Positions 58,150 through 64,000 of a stretch of DNA of 64,000 nucleotides are shown here, piece after piece. The notes below the pieces were generated by a model. That model did not search any database. It had not been told where the DNA came from and was given only the letters and a program-made list of their open reading frames with translations. How positions within the stretch are numbered: the first letter of the stretch is position 1; each line of letters begins with the position of its first letter. This DNA comes from Patescibacteria group bacterium (GTDB taxonomy: Bacteria > Patescibacteriota > Patescibacteriia > Magasanikbacterales > GWA2-37-8): NCBI GenBank assembly GCA_028705565.1, contig JAQWDH010000005.1:5803-69802 (forward strand), given 5' to 3'. Both the position numbers and the translations under genes were made by a program.

Positions 58150-59508
58150 ATGAGCAAACAAGCTGCGATGTTTATTTGTTCCAATTGCGACGCTCAATAT
58201 ACCAAATGGGTTGGGCGGTGTTTGGAATGCGGAAAATGGGGAACTGTTGAATCCGCCAGAGGCGGATTCGCCTTAAGCGAAAAATCACAAAAGGAAACGG
58301 CTGAATTTTCCCCGATAAAAACATTAACTTTAAACGAAATTGAAGGTAAAAACGCGATAAGAATTAAAACAAATATAAATGAACTGGATAGGGTTTTGGG
58401 TGGCGGCATCGTGCCTGGAAGTTTAATACTTTTGGGCGGAGAACCGGGCGTTGGAAAATCCACTTTAGCGATTCAACTCTCGTCAATTCTCCCGAATTCA
58501 TTATATATTTCAGGGGAGGAGTCAACGGAACAGATAAAATTACGAGCGGAAAGGTTGGATATAAAAGCGCCGAATTTGCGTTTGGCGAATGAAACGAATG
58601 TTGAAAATATCTCCGCGACCATAAAACAAAAATTTTCGCTTGCCGTGATTGATTCAATCCAAACAATTTATTCCGAAGAAATTGATAGCGAGCCGGGCAA
58701 TCCGAACCAGCTCCGCGCCTGCGCCGTAAAACTTATGGAAACCGCGAAATCATCAAACACTGCGGTAATCATTATTGGACATGTCACAAAAGAAGGAGTT
58801 GTGGCAGGTCCAAAAACTTTGGAGCATTTGGTTGACACGGTGCTCTACTTGGAAGGCGATCAGCGCCATCAGTATAGAATTTTGCGCGCGGTAAAAAATC
58901 GTTTCGGCCCGACAAATGAAGTAGGAATTTTTTCAATGGAAGAAAACGGACTCGCGGAAGTAAAAAATCCTTCGGCGAGTTTTCTTTCAGAAAGAGCCAA
59001 CGACCTCGCCGGAAATGTAATCACTTGCTTGATGGAAGGGACGCGCCCGATTCTTGTTGAAATACAAGCGCTCGTGACCAAAACCGCTTTCGGATATCCG
59101 ACGCGCAAAGCCAATGGTTTTGACATAAATCGCCTGCATATGATTATCGCGGTTTTGCAAAAACGAGCAGGTTTGCGTTTGGAACAATACGATATACATT
59201 TGAATGTAGCCGGCGGATTGCGCGCGGAAGAACCGGCGGCCGACCTCGCGGTTGCTTTGGCGATTGCGAGCGCCTGCAAAGATAAGGTGCTGGGATTTGA
59301 CATCGCGGCTTTCGGTGAAATCGGATTGGGCGGAGAAATCAGAACGGTTGCCAACGCGGAAAAAAGAATCAAAGAATGCGAACAATTGGGACTCAAAAAA
59401 ATAATCATGGCGCGCGGAACAAATCCAAACAAAAAATCGTCTGAAAAACAAAAAATCGCCGATATTAAAATTATGGAAATTAAAACCATCGGCGAAGTTT
59501 TCAAATGA
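58150..59508 (+). CDS. radA: DNA repair protein RadA/Sms
   Basis: C4 finger, GGEPGVGKSTL, IDSIQT, KNRFG, Lon-like C-terminal domain. Confidence 0.98.
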   Translation: MSKQAAMFICSNCDAQYTKWVGRCLECGKWGTVESARGGFALSEKSQKETAEFSPIKTLTLNEIEGKNAIRIKTNINELDRVLGGGIVPGSLILLGGEPGVGKSTLAIQLSSILPNSLYISGEESTEQIKLRAERLDIKAPNLRLANETNVENISATIKQKFSLAVIDSIQTIYSEEIDSEPGNPNQLRACAVKLMETAKSSNTAVIIIGHVTKEGVVAGPKTLEHLVDTVLYLEGDQRHQYRILRAVKNRFGPTNEVGIFSMEENGLAEVKNPSASFLSERANDLAGNVITCLMEGTRPILVEIQALVTKTAFGYPTRKANGFDINRLHMIIAVLQKRAGLRLEQYDIHLNVAGGLRAEEPAADLAVALAIASACKDKVLGFDIAAFGEIGLGGEIRTVANAEKRIKECEQLGLKKIIMARGTNPNKKSSEKQKIADIKIMEIKTIGEVFK

Positions 59509-59523
59509 AAAACAACTGTTCTA

Positions 59524-61881
59524 TTATTTTTTCTTCAAATTTTTAAAGGCCGCGTCGTGAATCGGTTTTCCGTAAATTCCGACTGGAAAAAGAAGCTCAA
59601 TCAAAGACCTTAATCCTTTTGTTTTATAAAGACGGTCGTCTCCGTATCTTTTGTCGTCTTCTTTTTTTTGCCGTTCAAAATAAAAACCGCTGTGTCCATC
59701 TTCGCTCGGAGCGAACACCTGTATTTCTTCGTAATAAACATTGTTTCCGCCAGTATATTGAATATAAAATTTCGCGAACCGTATATCGCCTCCGCTTCCG
59801 ACGCTTCTTTTTTTCGCCTGATTTCCATTTCCGCCGGTTGGCTTGTAATCAAAAATTTTTATTCCATGATGTTTGGCTATCTCTGAAATCAATTCCAAAA
59901 TTGCCGGAACCTCTTCTCCATCTTTTTGTTTTATTTCTTTTTCAATCAAAATCGGAAAACCGCCGTTCATTTCCAGCTTACCTTCTTTGTCCCTTTTCGC
60001 TTCAAAAATTTTAATGTCTGAAAAATCTTTTTTTAAATCCGCGAATTTTTTCATTTCACCCATCTTTTTCAAATCCGCGTCCAAAGGATGTAAAACGATT
60101 TCTCTTCTAAAAATATCTATTATGTTTTTCGGGTCGTCCAGTCCCCTTTCAACCGCTTTGCGATAAACCGATTCAATTTTTTTCGTGTCGGTTTCAATTG
60201 ACGCCAAATAATTTTTATTTTTAAATTTTCGCAATTCCGCTTTTTGTCTTCCTAATAATACGTCGTCTTTCACTTCCACATCTTCCAAAATTTCATTGTC
60301 TTTTTTGTAATCCAAAAATTTATTGACGGTCGCGCCTTTAAAAACATCGGAAAACACTTTTTCAATCGGCGCGTTGCCAAGATTTTTACGTTCTTCATAA
60401 TGTTTGTCCGTTTCCGCGAAAAGATATAAAAGAACTAGCTGTCTTCTCGCCTCAAAAACCACTTCCTTGATTTTTCTTTTCAATTCTTCTTTACTGAAAT
60501 TTTCGTCCTTAAATCTTTCTTTCCATTCTTCGTCTCCGGCCGGAAAAGCCATTTTGATAATACCCTCCAAATCAAAATTTCTCACTTCATTTAAAGTTTT
60601 AACCAGCGAATGGTGAAAATCAATATCAATTTTCGGGCTGATGGCGCTATCAACCAAATAATCCAAAAACGAATTTATCCTGTCAAATTTTGAAAAAAGC
60701 GCGTCTTTTTCCACGCCAAAAGATTCCATAAAATCTTCCTCTATTTGTTTCGCCGTGTCCATATCGCGCGTTAATTCTCCTATTTTTTTAATCTTTCCAA
60801 AAAAACTTTTTTCAGAAGAAGAAATTTTATTGGCAAACATTTCCAATTTACCGATAAATTTGGAAAGTTTTTTGTTCTTTTTGGCGATTTCTAGATATTT
60901 ATCGGATAAATACGAAGTTTCCAAAAGCGCGTAAATACAACGCAAAACCGCTTCTATCTCGGATTTTCCCGCGCGTTCTCCGCCGACTTCTTCTTCAAAA
61001 TTACTCAAGTCCGCCGCCTCGCAAAACAAACCACGAGCGTTTTTTCCGTCTTTATTTTTAAAATCGCCATATTTTTTCCAAAAATCTTTTATCACTGTTT
61101 GCGTTCCCCATAAACCCTCACCTAATCCTTTTTTATCAACGGATGACGCGAGACGGCGCTTCCATTTATTTTTTTCTTCTTCATGCGCGCCCGACAAATC
61201 AAGAAAATGCGTTAAAACATTTATTTTTTTATTTGCTTCCTTTTCTTCCATAATTGACAGAAGTTCTCCTGAAATTTCACTCGCCGAATCGGAATCCGCG
61301 TCCAACAAATTTTCTTCTTTCTTGCCTTCCGCTGTAATATTCAGACTGTCCAACAAAAAAACTGTCTTTTTTTCCGGCTCAATTTCAAATTTTCCTTTCG
61401 TAAAAAGTTCAGCTGTTTGTTTTAAATCCAAGTGATGAAAATCTTCAACTTTATCTTCCGCCGGATTCAATGGATACGCTTCGTCCAGCGGCGGAACATT
61501 GCCGACAAAAAAAGACGCTTCTATCGGTATTTTTTCTTTTTTTCGGCTGTGAAAAATTTTATAATCCATTTTTCCGATAAATTTTAAATCAACATCAAGC
61601 GGACGCAGGTGCGTTTCTTCCAACATTTCCCTTTGCGCGGTTTCTTCTATTTTTTCCCAATCTTTCTTTTTTCCGCCGACAGGCATAACCTGCCCCGGAT
61701 TTACGCTTTCACTATTTTTTTCCATCCACATCGCGGTCGTAAAAAAAACATCCGATGGCTCGGCTCCTGATTCAATTTCTTTTTTAATTTCGTTTGTCGG
61801 ACGCGAACGCAAAATGAACACTCTGGCGACTTCACGCTTTTTTTCCGACTCTTTTTCTAAATTTAAACCTTCCTTGAACAT
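59524..61881 (-). CDS. Large hypothetical protein with N-terminal NUDIX domain and possible C-terminal RelA/SpoT-like nucleotidyltransferase fold
   Basis: PVGGKKKDWEKIEETAQREMLEETHL Nudix box; TKKIESVYRK...IIDIFR...DYK...EEIQV; start placed at MFKEGL because the extension is heptamer repeat. Confidence 0.65.
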   Translation of the reverse strand: MFKEGLNLEKESEKKREVARVFILRSRPTNEIKKEIESGAEPSDVFFTTAMWMEKNSESVNPGQVMPVGGKKKDWEKIEETAQREMLEETHLRPLDVDLKFIGKMDYKIFHSRKKEKIPIEASFFVGNVPPLDEAYPLNPAEDKVEDFHHLDLKQTAELFTKGKFEIEPEKKTVFLLDSLNITAEGKKEENLLDADSDSASEISGELLSIMEEKEANKKINVLTHFLDLSGAHEEEKNKWKRRLASSVDKKGLGEGLWGTQTVIKDFWKKYGDFKNKDGKNARGLFCEAADLSNFEEEVGGERAGKSEIEAVLRCIYALLETSYLSDKYLEIAKKNKKLSKFIGKLEMFANKISSSEKSFFGKIKKIGELTRDMDTAKQIEEDFMESFGVEKDALFSKFDRINSFLDYLVDSAISPKIDIDFHHSLVKTLNEVRNFDLEGIIKMAFPAGDEEWKERFKDENFSKEELKRKIKEVVFEARRQLVLLYLFAETDKHYEERKNLGNAPIEKVFSDVFKGATVNKFLDYKKDNEILEDVEVKDDVLLGRQKAELRKFKNKNYLASIETDTKKIESVYRKAVERGLDDPKNIIDIFRREIVLHPLDADLKKMGEMKKFADLKKDFSDIKIFEAKRDKEGKLEMNGGFPILIEKEIKQKDGEEVPAILELISEIAKHHGIKIFDYKPTGGNGNQAKKRSVGSGGDIRFAKFYIQYTGGNNVYYEEIQVFAPSEDGHSGFYFERQKKEDDKRYGDDRLYKTKGLRSLIELLFPVGIYGKPIHDAAFKNLKKK

Positions 61882-61957
61882 AAACGATAATGAATTATAA
61901 ATATTAAGCCATAGTCCGTAGTACAAAGTCCGTAGTCCGTAGTCCACGCAACATCTT

Positions 61958-64000
61958 TCATTCCAAATGCGCGGTTTCCAATTCTTTCATCTTTTTCGCC
62001 AAAATCGGATATTTTTCCGCTTCAGGCGCCAAAAGCCGCGCCGCTTCTTTCGCTTTCTTTATTATACCAATATCCGTAAGTTTTGCCAGCCGCAGGTTCA
62101 TCATCCCGCTTTGCTCGGTTCCATACACTTCTCCAGGCCCGCGCATCTCCAAATCCTTGTCAGCCAATTTAAACCCGTTATTTTCTTTTTCAAAATATCG
62201 CAAACGCTCCGTTGCTTTCACCGCGTCCGATTCAGTAAAAAGCAAACAATAAGATTGATGCTCGGCGCGTCCGACCCGTCCGCGAAATTGATGCAATTGC
62301 GCCAAACCGAATCTGTCGGCGTTTTCAATCATCATTACCGAGGCGTTGGATATATCAACGCCGACCTCAACTACGGAAGTTGAAACGAGTATATCAATTT
62401 CCTTGTTTTTAAATTTTGCCATCGTATCTTCTTTTTCTTTCGCCTTTTGTTTGCCATGCAAATATCCGATTTTTAAATCCGTAAAAATTTTTTTGGACAA
62501 TTTTTCATATTCCGCCATCACTGATTTTTTTTCTTCCGCGCCAACGGCTCGCGGCTCCAAATTCAAATTGCAAGTTTCTGATTCGGAATCGCAAAAAATT
62601 AGCGGACAAATAACAAATGCCTGCCTGCCTGCTTTTATTTGTTCGCGGATGAATTGATACGCTTTTTCACGTTTTACCGGCTCCACCAAACGAGTCAAAA
62701 CTTTTTTCCTGCCAAGAGGCAATTCGTCAATGATTGAAACATCCAAATCGCCATAAATCGTGAGCGCCAAAGAACGCGGAATCGGTGTCGCGGTCATGCT
62801 TAAAAAATGTATTCCTTTCTTATTTGATGAAGCGCCGCCTTTTTCTTTTATTATTTTCCTTTGTTCAACTCCAAACCTGTGCTGTTCGTCAACAACCACC
62901 AAACCCAATTTTTCAAATTCAACTTTCTCACTCAAAAGCGCGTGCGTTCCGATAATAATGCTAACTTTTTTGTTTCTAATTTCTTTTAATAATACATTCT
63001 TTGATATTTTGATTTTGTCATTGATTGGAAATTGTAAATTGGAAATTTGACATTGCGAGCGTGTTAATAAACATAAACGCGCTTTATCTCCCAGCAATCC
63101 AACCATTGTATTGTAATGCTGTGTCGCCAAAATTTCAGTCGGCGCCATTATCGCCGCCTGATATCCGTTCAAAAAAGCGCTATATGCCGCCATCGCCGCC
63201 ACCACTGTTTTACCCGAACCGACATCTCCTGAAAGCAAACGATTCATTGGTTTGCCCTTCGTGATGTCTTGTAAAATTTCCCACGCGGATATTTTTTGCG
63301 ATTTGGTAAGCGTAAAAGGCAACGCTTTCACGAAATCTTGAATTTCTTTTTCTTTAAATTTCAAAATCGGAGCTGATTCAAAATTTCTTTTCATTCTCGC
63401 CGTTTCCGCCTTAAACTGCAATAAAAACCATTCATTGAATTTAAGCCGCTCAACGCTTTGCTTTAAATCATTGTCATCCTCTGGAAAATGTATTCCTCGC
63501 AACGCTTCGGAAATCGGAGCTAAGTCAAACTTTTCCAAAATAATTTCCGGTATCCATTCGGAAATATTTTGAGACAAACCGACAATTTGACTCTCAAGAA
63601 AACGAGTCTGTTTTTGAGTAAGCCCTGCTGTCAAAGGATAAATCGGAACAAGCCGCGCGGTATGCGTGGTCGCGTCTTTATTGGCTTTTTCGTAAACAGG
63701 ACTTACAAATTGCAACCCGAGCATGTCCGCCTGTGTTTTTCCTGATAAAAAAACAACATCGCCAATTTTCAAAATTTTAGTCAAAAACGGCTGATTAAAC
63801 CATACGACGCGAACGCTTCCGCTTTCGTCCGAAATCAGCGCCTCAGTGATGATTTTTCTTTTCTTAAAACTTCGCTTGTTGGCTATAAGTTCAACTCGCC
63901 CGCGAATTGTGATTGTTTCCCCGTCTTTTAGTTCGCTAATTGGAACCAAACGGCGAAAATCTTCATAACGGAATGGAAAAAAATACAACAAATCAAGCGC
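61958..64000 (-). CDS. recG: ATP-dependent DNA helicase RecG (5' truncated by window edge)
   Basis: MNRLLSGDVGSGKT, MAPTEILA, DEQHRFGV, MTATPIPRSL, RFGLAQLHQFRGRVGR, RGPGE. Confidence 0.98.
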   Translation of the reverse strand, partial: ALDLLYFFPFRYEDFRRLVPISELKDGETITIRGRVELIANKRSFKKRKIITEALISDESGSVRVVWFNQPFLTKILKIGDVVFLSGKTQADMLGLQFVSPVYEKANKDATTHTARLVPIYPLTAGLTQKQTRFLESQIVGLSQNISEWIPEIILEKFDLAPISEALRGIHFPEDDNDLKQSVERLKFNEWFLLQFKAETARMKRNFESAPILKFKEKEIQDFVKALPFTLTKSQKISAWEILQDITKGKPMNRLLSGDVGSGKTVVAAMAAYSAFLNGYQAAIMAPTEILATQHYNTMVGLLGDKARLCLLTRSQCQISNLQFPINDKIKISKNVLLKEIRNKKVSIIIGTHALLSEKVEFEKLGLVVVDEQHRFGVEQRKIIKEKGGASSNKKGIHFLSMTATPIPRSLALTIYGDLDVSIIDELPLGRKKVLTRLVEPVKREKAYQFIREQIKAGRQAFVICPLIFCDSESETCNLNLEPRAVGAEEKKSVMAEYEKLSKKIFTDLKIGYLHGKQKAKEKEDTMAKFKNKEIDILVSTSVVEVGVDISNASVMMIENADRFGLAQLHQFRGRVGRAEHQSYCLLFTESDAVKATERLRYFEKENNGFKLADKDLEMRGPGEVYGTEQSGMMNLRLAKLTDIGIIKKAKEAARLLAPEAEKYPILAKKMKELETAHLE

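Noticed and set aside
62619-62632. GCCTGCCTGCCTGC in recG resembling family B palindrome
   Set aside because: Encodes the conserved RecG GRQA motif and has no second arm
1-64000. Alternative genetic code (TGA=Gly) or prophage
   Set aside because: Conserved genes are full length in code 11 and many end in TGA; no integrase, terminase or capsid genes seen

Overview
AT-rich, gene-dense bacterial chromosome segment (TGA used as stop, code 11). Gene content and protein style suggest a Patescibacteria/CPR (Parcubacteria-type) genome; this is inference. The backbone is housekeeping: dnaB, ybaB, recR, yidC, nusA, comEC, leuS, gdhA, trxA, infB, rny, HU, tRNA-Glu, tRNA-Met, tsaD, dnaE, pheST, rseP, lemA, htpX, phosphomannomutase, clpC, radA, recG. 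Main observations: (1) a 3.1-9.6 kb cluster of ATP-grasp ligase, NlpC/P60-like protein, MraY homolog, ATE/Bpt-like aminoacyl transferase, Mpl/MurC-like ligase, PLP enzyme and an unannotated 54-aa LysW-like zinc-ribbon protein ending EGK, a candidate carrier-dependent cell-wall precursor pathway; (2) several families of short palindromic elements and 7-nt repeats, both intergenic and inserted in-frame in essential genes (five in leuS); (3) a GxxExxY nuclease-like gene between lemA and htpX bounded by 32-bp inverted repeats, with an orphan repeat copy near pheS; (4) a hidden operon of four 34-52 aa single-TM proteins; (5) a pilin-like/lytic transglycosylase/SGNH esterase fusion; (6) a structured rny leader and a 5x22-bp repeat with a DnaA box. 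All calls come from reading motifs by eye; no searches were run.
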